NCBI RefSeq assembly: GCF_003704095.1
Contig: NW_020846346.1
Location: 1-64,000 of the forward strand
Length of the DNA stretch: 64,000 nucleotides
DNA from: Pocillopora damicornis
Taxonomy: Eukaryota
Direction of reading: 5' to 3'
This document shows, piece after piece, positions 25,683 to 38,100 of this stretch. The stretch's first letter is position 1; every line of letters begins with the position of its first letter. The notes below the pieces were generated by a model. The model saw nothing but the letters and a program-made list of their open reading frames with translations. It was not told the origin of the DNA and made no database searches. The translations under genes and the position numbers were made by a program.

Positions 25683-25782
25683 NNNNNNNNNNNNNNNNNN
25701 NNNNNNNNNNNNNNNNNNNNNNNNNNNNNNNNNNNNNNNNNNNNNNNNNNNNNNNNNNNNNNNNNNNNNNNNNNNNNNNNNN

Positions 25783-27235
25783 ATTAACCACTGCGGATCC
25801 AGCACGACCAAACCATCTGGATTTTCTGCGAGATCTTGGTAGATAACTCTTCCGCGAGCTTGTAAAAAGTGAAGCAATTCTTCGACGTCATCTGGGCCAT
25901 TAAACTGGCAAATGCCCCCAGAAATGTCTTCTGCAAAACGCTTCTTTCCAATATAATGCATTCCTTTCTCTTTCACCATTTCGTCGACTTTTTGTTCCAC
26001 ACGGAGCCATTGCATAGGGATTACCTTGTTAATATGTGGCATTTTTTTAGCCAGATTCAATAATGCAACACGCAAAGAAACGATCTGTGGATCGTCTTCT
26101 CTGTTTGGATTTGTGTTATCCATGAAGAATACTTCTTTTGAAATATGGCCTAAGGTTGCTGGATGAGCCACGCTGGAAATGATTTCCTTCACAGATTCCA
26201 TTTCCTTGCAAGGATCCTTTACACCATCAGCATGTGTACCCACGAGCACCACTGGAGGCAAAGCTTGGTTAGTATCTGCCGACTTTCTTTGAAGCTCTGG
26301 CTGTCCCAAAGAGTGCACCAAGTCCAGCCATCTCATCATGTGATCGAGATTAGTGTCCTCGACGTAAGGCGAGTTTACCTCTATTTCATCTTGATTAAGT
26401 GGTCTTATCCGACATTGGGCAGGAGCACTTAACTCCTTCGTAAGATCTAACACTAGGACATATATGGCTTCTTGCGACAGGAAAATTGGATGAATGGCAT
26501 GGTATACTGCCTGGCCGGCAAAATCCCAAACAAAAGGCCATATATCCTCATTGTCGGAGGTGTCGTTTCCCTTAAGGCCACGCTCTACGAGGGAAAGGAC
26601 TTTCTTGGGTACTTCTTCTGGTTTTCCCTCAATTTTGACTCCCTGGAAAACTAATATTGATATTTTTTAATCAGTTTTTACGTTTCCTAAATACGCTATT
26701 CAAGTGCAAACAACACACCGAAGCTATGACCCAGGACCGGTTGTTCAAAGCAATAGCAATGCGATTGACTGAATTTGCACTTCGTGTAGAAGAACTAAAA
26801 TATTTGTAAAAACTTCGCGTCACTTTAGCAACCTGTGCAAAAAAAGAAACTTGTAATATAGCATGGTTTCACGCGAGCGTATGGGTAGAAACTTTACGGG
26901 CTTTACACATCCAAAATAATATGTTTACGTTACAGAGCTGGCGCAATGGAAAATACTTATCCCTACAAGTGAAAGGTCGAGGAATCGACTCCAGGCGCTG
27001 GCAAGATCTATTTTTTCTCGTCTTTCTTTTTCTCTTATATTTCCCTATTTTTTAAATTGTATTCTACCAAAACATACGTTTTTTTTCTTTTCATCCGGAA
27101 CATCACCTTTTTTTTAGCAGAAATCGGCAAAGCATGGCGTTTGTCTCTCCTTTGTCCACATAGCTCTTACGTTCAAATCGATAAAAATGTCGAAATGCGG
27201 AGGTGAGGCACTTACAAAAAAATTAACTAAGCCTG

Positions 27236-27271
<36 letters not shown>

Positions 27272-29411
27272 TCCAAAGAAACCCGATCAGATTCGATCAA
27301 CGATGGCCAGTGTCGGAACTAAACCAAGACGAGTCACAAGAGATGTTAAAAGTGTCTCACAATAGTCCCCCATTTTCAAAGCCGCGAGAGGTTTGGCAGA
27401 AGGTTTACGGACTTGCAACGCATCATAACGGAGTGCCTACAGCCTTCTTAGAAGGAGGGCAGTGTAGGCACAAAAAGGGGAGGTTTTAATCATACTAGAA
27501 TACAGTTCATCGATATTGTCTTCTTCGGCGATCGATTATTCAAATTCTGGATTAACAAGGTTTTTAAAAACAATGCCCATACTAAAATGTAAGGCGGCTT
27601 GTCGTCCTCGAAAGTATATTTATCCGAGCGCTTCGTATGCGCAAGATTTGTTCAAACCTTGGTTGAGACCTTATGCACGCAGTATTAATTAAAATCAATT
27701 TTTCATCCGTCAGTAAAACTTTCTGGTCTCAGATCTTAGCTGTCGTTATTTCTTAGCAGACTGGTAAAATTTTGACCAATTCCAAGCTATCAGTTGAGCT
27801 CCATGCAAGAAATTCTAATTGAATATGCAAAAGCCTCATGTGCTAACGGATTTACCCAAAATTGGAAAGAAGATGTGGAAAGGAGTTCTTGAATGATTGA
27901 TGCAAGGAGTGAATTTTGGGTCATAACAATAACTCGGAAATTCGCTTTCAGCCAATTTCCTAAACGAGTCACTACAGCAACAACGTTTGCATTTGTAAGC
28001 CGCTTCGAATAATGGGCACCGTAGATTCAAAGATAAAACACAACTCAACCAAACGAGAAGCCACGTTATAAACAGTCTTTCATTTCCCCACAAGTTTATT
28101 GTTATTTTAAATGCTATGCCTTAAAAAAGGCAGAGTGAAGCGTCTCGCTACTGCTCTGCTGAAGTAAGGAATTAGATCGACTTACCAAGAAAGCAGTATT
28201 AGCGTATTTGAAATAATTAAGTTCTGGGTAGACTGAATAAAATTCGGCATGACTCCTTAATGAGCAAGCCTTTCCATACCGCTCAACACTTAAGCCGCAA
28301 AGTAATAATGTTAGTAGAATGATTCAGAAAAAAGTGTTTAGTTTACATAGTACAGGGCGGGGTTGACAAAAAATTGTTTCCAAAGGGTTGTCAAACATTT
28401 TCACAATCAGTCGAAATGTACGGAAAAATTAAAACAGTTTATAAAAATTTTTTCTCCTAAGGAAAATAAAACAAGAGGTAAAAATAGCCGAAATAGAAGC
28501 GCTACAGTACTGAAGGGATTTATCACTCGTGATTTTGAAGACAATCTCAAGAAAGTCGTTCAAAGAATGGGCCTCAGTCTCTTGAACGAGAAAAGTTACG
28601 GGAGAAACGCATTCAGTTCGTTACTGAACGATCCAAGTCGTAAGACTGTCATTAAACCAAAACAAAAAAATTAACAATCCGTTGCAGTTTTACGTTAGAA
28701 ATTGCTTTTGCTAAATGGTTGGGGATTGATACTGTAATGTAAGGAGACAAAAACTGCACGGAACATTTTTCCGGCAAGAAACGAAGAATGACTGAGCTAA
28801 CATTTGTTTGACCATTTACTAAATCTTGACCGGCTACCGTGCTGCCGTTGTTTTTGAGTCTCGAATAACCTCTCTAGTACTTAACAAGTACCTTGAATCT
28901 GTAAAGAAGCTAGTCAATGTCAGGGCTATAGTGAGCTTTACCTTACCTTTTCTTTCAATGACTTCTTTTGAAGCAAGGTCGTCATTTGAACGTTCTTGAG
29001 TCACTCCCTTTTCTCCTGTAGGTTCGCCTCTCGTCTCCTTTACTTTTCCAGCAAACCCTTGAATCCTTTGTAGTCGTTCTTCAGAGCTGCTGCGTAACTC
29101 TTGTGTAACCAATTCTGCACACTTGTGGTCAAGTGCACTCGTTTTTTCAAGCAGGGCTGGATTCCTCCATGCCCCTTTTCCTGCGTTCTTGACAGGGGAA
29201 ATCATTTCGATCCCATTAGTGCTGGCTTCATCTTTAACAAATGCTTCACCTCTGAGGTATCTTCTCAGGCTTGTTTTGCCTACACGGTCCTGACCAATCA
29301 ACACAATTTTGGTACGTCTATCGAAAGTTTTGCCTGTCTCCAGTGCTCTCCTGTATGCCTCTAGTGCCACTGGTCCCCTCACCTTTATGTAGTCGGGGAT
29401 TGGAAATGTGA
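25783..29411 (-). CDS. Roco GTPase (ROC-COR), copy B, 5' part (exons 29411-28947, 26650-gap)
   Basis: GQDRVGKTS, STNGIE, WDFAGQ, VGTHAD, FFMDN, then COR motifs IPMQWLRVE, LLHFLQARGRVIY and VVLDPQWL. Same strand as, and collinear with, the COR-DD part at 22209-19327. Confidence 0.87.
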
Positions 29412-29802
29412 CTGCACACAAAACTTTTAAAGAAAAAACCAATTAATTTATTCCCTCGAAAATCTACAACACATACAGAATTCATGTTCAGTGAGAACAT
29501 CAAAGCAATCTCATATTGAGACTGTGAAAGGCCTATTTTTACGAGGACCTCAAGAAAATATTTCTCCGTAATCTTTCTTGGGACTTTAACTGCTAGGCTG
29601 GATTTTAAAATGGTTTTCGGAGGAGTGTTTTCTACAATCCCGCTCCAAAGCACACTCCTCCTGAAACCATATAAAGATCCAGCGATATAAAGATTCCCCA
29701 CACCAAAAAAAACATAACTCGACTTGGGTCTTCCATAAGTGTGCATGGAGACTAAATTTCTTCCCAACTCGAATTTGCCCCAACGAAACATTAAGTATTG
29801 TC

Positions 29803-30550
29803 TGGAAGTGGGGAATTTGCTAAGGGTTAGGGTTAGGGTCTAGGGAAAATTAGAGAGCCTGGAGAGAAAGTCTTCCGCAGAAGAAGAATACTGACAACAA
29901 ACTCAACCCACAAATGACAACGGGTCCGGTTTAACGATAAAAAGAAATGGTAAAATATATATATATGTAAACAAAACAAAAAGAAAAAGTCTTCAATCCA
30001 CGCCAGCTTCTACTCTTTAATGTAAACAAAACACACACAAAAAAAAGCCTTCAATCCACACCAGCCTCTACTCTTTAGCAAAAGGAAAGACTTTCTATCG
30101 TAACCTTTATCATTACCTTCTTTCTCCAAGTCAGATAATTCTCTTGGAAGGACAGTGCTCCCTCGAAATATCACCAGTCTCCTCTCCGGCTGTTCCAACC
30201 CGTAAAGGAGAGCATCTATTCCTAACAGGAGTTTATTATAGGATTACACTTACTAATCTTAAAAAATGCGAGTCAAATGCAACCATTTCAAAAGGCGTAG
30301 CTTTTGGATTTTAATGCACTAATCAATTCGAAGCTGCAACATGCCCCAGTGCAAGCTAAGGGCATTTTACTGTCGCCTAGAAAGGGGAGATGAGGGGTGG
30401 TGGGAAATTGGAACCTTGCGTGGCTGAAGTGGGGAATTTGCTTAGGGTTAGGGTTAGGGTTTAGGGAAAATTAGAGAGCTTGGAGAGAAAGTCTTCCGGA
30501 GAAGACGAATACTAACAACAAACTCAACCCACAAATGACAACGGGTCCGG
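29803..30550. repeat. Local direct duplication of about 125 bp (29803-29929 / 30425-30550) containing short TTAGGG runs, plus a ~55 bp tandem pair at 29964-30075
   Basis: gaagtggggaatttgct.agggttagggttaggg...acaaatgacaacgggtccgg occurs twice. Confidence 0.75.
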
Positions 30551-31354
30551 ATTCGAAACCAAAACGCAGAGGTGGGAAAACAACGTTCTTAATACTGCAC
30601 CATCCAAGTTCTTCTGAAATACAGGTTCGTGCATTGTTCTCCCTGATCGGTAGAAATTATTTATTGGTCACCGAACTTGAATTTTATCTCTGCCATTTAG
30701 ATTAAACATTTATTACAGTTTTAGTGAACCTTTTCGCCTTGATGAGAGGTAAATATACGTTTCTCATCATGTAACTCATGCTGAAGTACTCTAGTACTCT
30801 TTGAGCAAACTATAAATTCGAAATTATGCTGAAAGGCCTCGCTTTCAGTCACCACTTCTGTCATGGGTATTCATCATGCGCATCAAGAAATGGTCGCTTA
30901 TTCCGCCCCATTTCCCGCGCCGTACTAAAGTCATTTCGCTACTGGTAGCGCTTGGGAACTTTTGCCAAATCTAGGCGAAAAAATTTCGTGAACTTTAACT
31001 TGGCGGGACCTGGATGAAACGGTTCATTGCAATGGGATGGCGGGTCGGGATGAAAATTAGCGGCGGGTGCGGTATGTTTTGGGCTCTCTAGCTCTTTTCT
31101 TCAAGCAGAAAAAGCCTGGAGACGAGTCATTGGTCCAGATTAACAGTTACGGACGGGCGTGTTAGCCTCATTAGACCCTTGCACATAATTAAGTCCAACA
31201 GAGAAAGAAGAGTGAATGTCAAGGTAGGTTGTCTCCGACGAAACTTGTACTTTANNNNNNNNNNNNNNNNNNNNNNNNNNNNNNNNNNNNNNNNNNNNNN
31301 NNNNNNNNNNNNNNNNNNNNNNNNNNNNNNNNNNNNNNNNNNNNNNNNNNNNNN

Positions 31355-33040
31355 GCAAAAGACAATTTTTGCCTTTCTAGTAAACTAATTACAGTTGAAT
31401 TACACGCTTGTCGTGGCTTATACGAAACATGATTGACAACGGTTTCTCACGGTTTTGTTTATTAAGACGATTTTGAATAATTTTTACCCGAGACAAATTT
31501 TGTTGGCGATGCGTCTGAAGATTTTTCCGCTTCGGCCAAATTCGACTCAAGAAGTGGGCAGAAACACGATTGTGTTTCTTCTTAAACTTCTTTCGTGCTC
31601 TATCCTCTTCGTGCGTGCTTTACAACAGAACAGTAAGAGACTGATCATGCGTGTTACCACAAATCTTTTGATCTGGCGTAGGCTAAGAAAAACGATCGCG
31701 TCTGTAAACAAAATTTACGCCATAGTTACCACAAACTAATCTTACCTTGAAACCTCCGCTATAAACGTGTCTGATCAAGACTGTGTACATGTAGCTATCG
31801 CTAGCATAAACATGAAGGCTGATTTTTCAACAACTCCAACACACTTGGTAAAAGACATGCAAATGTTTCTGGGAATTGTATTAATAATTAATCAGGTCTC
31901 AAAATGAGCCCTTATCGCTAAGTTACTCTTTGGAAGCAGACAGTGACACTTCGTAACATTCCTCAGGTATTTCATTCCGCTCTTCGCTGTCTGTACGTTT
32001 CCTGCTAAAAGTAAATTTTCTTTCGATATTCTGGAAATTTTTCATCAGGGTACACAGAAAGAACTTGAGTTTGTAGAGTTTTAGGGTTTTTTTAAGTACC
32101 ACACTTGTGACTTGACAGCCAGGACGCATTGCGCGACCGAAAAATGAAATACGATGCAACCAAGGTGTACAGCCTAACACTGACCTTTCTTGATGCATCC
32201 CTATAAACCAGTTTCGTCATAGCTGAAACACACATTCTTTATTTGTTTCCTCCACTCAGTCTATTCCTCTGACTGAATAACACTGATGATCAAAGGGCTT
32301 CGCGGTGAGCCAACTCGTGAAAAAAACTGTTTTATGTTAAACCCTTGTTCAGGAATACAAATGACTATGGGTCACCAGACAGTAGCTTTTCCAAATGTGC
32401 TTTTCCGCGACAAATCTTAATGATACATATCTTCTCAATTGTTTTTATCCCTTCGCTTTCTTCTCTTTTATGCATAAATTATGGATATTTCAATGAGAAT
32501 GTCGAATGATAAGGCGAAAAATATCAAAGGGAGAAACGACCTGTCACAATAAACCACATTTTTGTTTTGTTAAAGGAAACATCGCCAAAATGGTGATGCA
32601 GTCAGGCATATGCCCTTTTGAAGCGAAAAATAATATTTTCAGCCTTGCTAATTTTTTTATAGAGAATTTGTTACCTAGAAACGTTGATATTGGGGTATGT
32701 ATTTCATAGAAATAATATTTATTGTCGTTTCTATGATATCCGGACTGACATCTGATATGGTACAGGCTGTGCAGAATCCATTCAAAACGCTACTGACCCT
32801 GACTGTCAATAATGATATAATTGTAAACATGTCACATCACATCATGATCAGTGCAGGATAATAGTCTACCCCGGTGAAGTGTAAGTAACTTGTATGTATA
32901 ACCTCGTGCAGGTATTTTCTTTGGAGATCAAAGTTTTAAAATGATGTTTGCTAAGTTTATTTAATCTACAGATATTCTCCTTGCTTGGTGAATTTTCAAA
33001 GTCTGATACCTCCATAGAGGCTTCCCGAAAGGGTTCTTCA
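31355..33040. repeat. Segmental-duplication block U2 upstream of Roco copy B
   Basis: Matches 14585-15770 and 11392-12060; the spurious ORFs KRLIMRVTTNLLIWRRLRKTI and MIRRKI.KG..TCHNKPHF recur in both. Confidence 0.85.
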
Positions 33041-35117
33041 ATTAACCGAAAACAATTTTGCTGAAACAAATACCTCTTCCGAAGCGAAAAACTCTCCGGA
33101 GCGGAATATCAGCCTCTGGTCCAAAGATTTAAAATCATATCTTCCCCCCCCCCCCCCTCTCTCTCTCTCTCCCTTTTTTTTTTTTTTTTTTTTTTTTAAC
33201 TACTTAAGATGAATTCTTGAATTCTTGATTACATTGCTTGACAACCGTGCTTCTGCATGTTCACGTCGGAATGCTGAAGTTCATCTCCTCGCCTTCAAAG
33301 TGCAGCCTGTTGAATTCAAATTTGAAGGTACTTGCGAAACTCTGATACCAAAAGAATACCACGTGAAAATAAAGAAAGAGAGACTCAAGGATTTTGGGTC
33401 AAAGTAACAGCAAATTAACATCATCATGCAGAAGAGTTACGCAATAGAACTACTATCCTCCCCAATCTTCTCGCGGTTACATTATGGACGGTGACTACGT
33501 TGGAAGAAGGAGTTTATCAGAAGGCTTTTAAAAACGCGGAGATACGAAAGTTTCAGTTTCCAGAGTTTAGTACGGAAAAAATCCAGCTTTAAAAGAAGGT
33601 TAGTGGATAATATATTGTGATGAAGGTCGTTTTGAGGTCATATCCGACATACGGCGCTGTTTGAACGAAAATATCCTCTGTTTGGGTGCGATAATTTATG
33701 AATTGAGTAATGGTTACGAAGTGTTTCTGTTTCCTATCATATATTTTCAGTTCTGGCATCCAAGTCCATGCTTCACAAAGTCACTTGAAGTAATAAACTA
33801 GTAAGAAAGCGTCCAAACATTATCAAAATCGATTATCAGTCGCTTGCAATTCGATTGCCATGTCGAACTGACAGAATAACACCCAGCTTTAGCTTTTCGA
33901 TGAGCGAGAGCGAAGCATCTTGGTCATGGAAAGTTGTTGTTTTAATTCGTTGCTTTAGCCTTGAAGAGTCGGTTTAAATCCATGACATTTAAATCAGAAG
34001 TTCTACTGCTGTTGTTTGCTAAACTTTCATTGTTTTAAATGATGCAAGGTTCACGAATTTCCATTAAAGCCGGAAGTGAAGCGGAAGTTAGGAACTGAAC
34101 AAAAACACTTTCTCTTTTGAATGTTGGCGCGTGTGACAAATAACTTCCTTTTTGTCACCCAATCTATGTAATTATACACGCACGAGATGCAAATTCCAAC
34201 TCTCTGTGACCATGAATGCTTATAAAAAGTCGGCGTAGAAAAATTCGTTGAAATACACAAAAATTTTCAAGCGAATCCTGCATAAAATCAGGAGCCATTA
34301 CTAAGTAAGGGGCTCCTGCGTGAAATACATTCAACCAAAAGGGAATCTGAAATTAGTTCATTCACGTTAGCTACGATGTACTTGAAGGACAAATCATTAT
34401 CAAATCATATATTGGTTATTTTTGGGGGGGCCGCATTTTGCACACATGAATTGGTAGAACAGTTTCAAGCAGGAATTGATCATTCGTCGGGCTTGTTATT
34501 GAACCATTTCAACCAGTGTCACCATACAAACTTTCAAATGTTTAAGCATTTGGTTCTTTTCACTATTTTATTTCATTAAAGGTGAGTTGTCCGTCAGTAT
34601 TTTTGTTCCTATTGTTCATCATTTGCATGTATTTTCGGCGGTAACGGCTGCCAAAATACATTTATCCATTTCATAATTGTGGTGACTTTTGGTAGAGGGG
34701 TGGTGGGGTGGGGCTTAGGGGTTAGCAAGAGATTATTAATTCTTGGGGGTTAGCTAGTTAAGCTTTTGTTTACATTGCTATCGATTCAGCCTGATTTCTG
34801 TTTTGATATGAAATATTTAAGTTTGTGGACGCGGCCTAATTGGTCGATAGATGTGATTAGATGTGAGTGTTTAAAAACGGCTGTAACGTTTTAGATGTGA
34901 GCGTCAGTCAGTAAAATATTTTTTTAGAGCAATAGAGAGCCTTCCTCAAAAATTATGCAAACGTGGGACGGATTCGAGGGTTTGTGTAGCTGTCTCGAAA
35001 GCTCTCGACTACCTAAAGTTTAGATGAGATTACGTAAACAAGGAGAAAGTCCTAATCCGTGGTTTACACGTGAAATTGTGTAGGGATTCTAATCAGAGAC
35101 AGGGCTCCGGGAATACC

Positions 35118-38100
35118 ATGGCGGCCATTCCATTGTGCATACCAAACAACTGCAGCTGGGATGAAACATCGGGAGCGTTCCAGCGCGACTCGAGTCAGCC
35201 CCGCACGGGACTTCAGCCTGTAAACCCGGCACTGCGGAAACTTCGGTCCATTGGCGGACCAGTGTGCGTCGTGTCGATAGCCGGGCCATGCAGGAGGGGA
35301 AAATCGTACATCCTCAGCAGAGCGTTCGATCAAGGGGACGTGTTCCCACTGGGGCATTCGTTTGATCCGGAGACCATGGGAATTTGGCTGTGGGTAGTAC
35401 CAGAGAAATACAGGGATGCTCAAGGCAGAGAGTTCACCGTTGTGCTGTTGGATTCCGAAGGAATTGATGCAGTGAGTGCAGAGGGTATTAATGATCACGC
35501 CATATTTACACTCAGCGTTCTCTTGAGCTCTGTATTAATTTACAATTCTGTTGGCGTTCCCACAAGAACTGATCTTGAGGGACTTGAGTATCCTTTTCGA
35601 CTCTACTACGTATTGATCTGCAGCTGAGTGTGCTCTTGTTATCTCTTGTATGTGTCTATCTATCTTTCAATTATATCTATCACTCGATGCCTACGTTCAA
35701 TTAAAGCATGTGCAATCTCGAAAAGTTACATTTAGCTTTCTCTTGTAGTCTTTCATGATCATATGCATTGGTTATTCGTGATGAACATCTTCCACAAAAT
35801 GGTGCAAGTTATAAAATGAAAGGAAATTAAATGTTTAGATGCCTCAACGAGTGCTAGTCACATAATCAAGATTTCTCAGCGGATTCAAGTGGTCTCAGGA
35901 CAACCTTTAGACAAAGAAGATTCACAGCACGTGTTTCCTTCTTTTGTGTGGCTGCTCAGAGATGTTGTGTTAAGTCTTCCCAAGGGCGTGGAAAACTTAA
36001 AAGCGTATTTCCTTGAAAAGGTAACCGTACCACAAAAGTTCAGAACTTGCCGTTGGTGAATGGAACGGAACTGTATTAGTCCGAACTGGTAGAAACAGTT
36101 ATGGCCAAATTTGTTCTGGGGAGGGAATTTTGAGTGCTGCATGCTGCAGGCAATGTTGCAAATAATTTCAAAACCCCTTTAAATTTTAGACTTGCGTTCA
36201 GGCGCTTGACTGTTCACAGGACTGTTCATCTTCTTGTGGAGCGCTTTTCATCTCAACCGGTACTTACAATCAATTTTTTAGGCTTTCACTTGCTCAGACG
36301 GGAGTTATAGCTTTTCTCACAAAACTTTCAAAACTGTGCGTTTTGCTGGACAACAGTACTCTTTCAAGAAAGGGATAGAAAGGATCCTAACAACAAGTTT
36401 TCAAAGAAGGTTCTCGATTTGACGTTAGCGTGTTCCTGAACTTTCATGTTCTTCATGTTTTCTGACGTTTAGGTCTTCAAGATGCGAGGTCGGCCTAATG
36501 AAAAGTCTCAAAAGGTCGTGGACAACATTCTGAAGTTCTTTCCTGACTTTGACGCCTTTCCCCTCTCCCCTCCGTCATCAGATGCTACACTCATACAAAA
36601 CTTAAATGAGAAGGGGAGGCAGGGGGAGATTAGTTCATCATTCAAGAAAGGAGTGGAAGAGTTCAAAAAGATGTTGCACTCAAAACTAACTCCCAAACGG
36701 AGTTTTGTTGGACAAGGATTTGTCACTGGAGAAGGTTGGCAATTTTTCTAAAGTTTTTAGAGACAGTCTAACGCTCTAGTAATAACTTTTTTCAAGAAAA
36801 AAAATTAATTTGTCGCGGGGTGCAAGGAATCAAGGAAATATGAAGAAGGGATTCTTGTCATACACGTAAACCAAATGACAGGCACTCTCTTTTTTTAATT
36901 TATTATTTTCATTCAACACTGATTTTCTTTAATTTGTCCCCTTGTTAGTTTTAACAGCTTCCCTTCTTCCTTCATGAAGTAGACACTAAAACCTTCAAAA
37001 ATACACGATTAAAGTATGTATGCATTATACATTAATAAGATACGTGTTTGGATTAAATGAAACGCGGTCGTGGAGATGTCAAAATTCAAACGCCCTTTTG
37101 TGATAGAAGGTCAATTTTCAAGGATTAGAGTAAGATGACTGCCTGAATTTTGAGCCAGATGAGTTGTTTTATAACCATTTACCCGCTTGTGTCTTATTCA
37201 CAGCTCTGGCAACTCTGGTCGAAGAATATATTCAAGCTGCAAATTCACCAGGGGCTGTTCCAGTTGTTGAGAGTGCATGGAACGTGTTTACCAAAACAAA
37301 ATGTACTCAGACTCTAAACGATGCTAAAGCTCTGTACGAGTAAGTACTACTAAAAGACTTGCCTAAATAAACCGGAATTTCTATACGCGCGCAACTCTGC
37401 TTCCATAATGACTCCGTTTCCGAAGCGGCGATCTTTTAGTCAGCACCACAAGTGTTGTAAGGTTGACCTTGAGCCTATTTCATTTGGGTTTGCGCAGAAA
37501 CTCATTTCCGTTGGCGTTTTTATTTTGTTGTTGTTATTTGCTATCCCAAGTGATCAGATCTCAGAAAAGATGGTTTTCTTCTACACTCGGAGAATCGCTT
37601 GATCAGAGCAAAAGAATTGCAGCTCTGTAACAGAAAACTATAGATACTTGCTGACTCGAAATATGCAGAAACACTGATGGAATTTATTTCTGCTGAGTCT
37701 GTTGATTACAGCTCAGGGAATAAGATCTGAGATCATAGTCGATTCCTTTCGGCAGTATTTCAAATTTTTTAATTTCTTGATTCAGTGGAGGGATACGAGA
37801 ATTCAAAGAAAAGGTGTGTCTTCCCTGTGACGACAGAAAGATTCGCAATGCTCATCAAGATTATTTGTTGGAAGCTCTAACTTTTTTTGAGACTGAAGCA
37901 GAGGACACGGCTGTAATGGCCCGGTGGATGTACATCGAGGAGTTAGCGGTAAATAATGAGTTCGATGTAGATATTTAGATTCATTAAGCTGATCTTTAAC
38001 CAACAAAGAGTAACTATATTTAGCTTGTTTATAGCTGTACGTTTGCTTATACCACATTTTCATAACTTAAATAAAAACAACAATAATAACAACATCGATG

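Noticed and set aside
27187-27489. Poly-Lys ORF
   Set aside because: Produced by a poly-A tract inside the Roco B intron.
29821-30465. TTAGGG runs as a telomere or interstitial telomeric site
   Set aside because: Only 2-3 units, embedded in a locally duplicated repeat.
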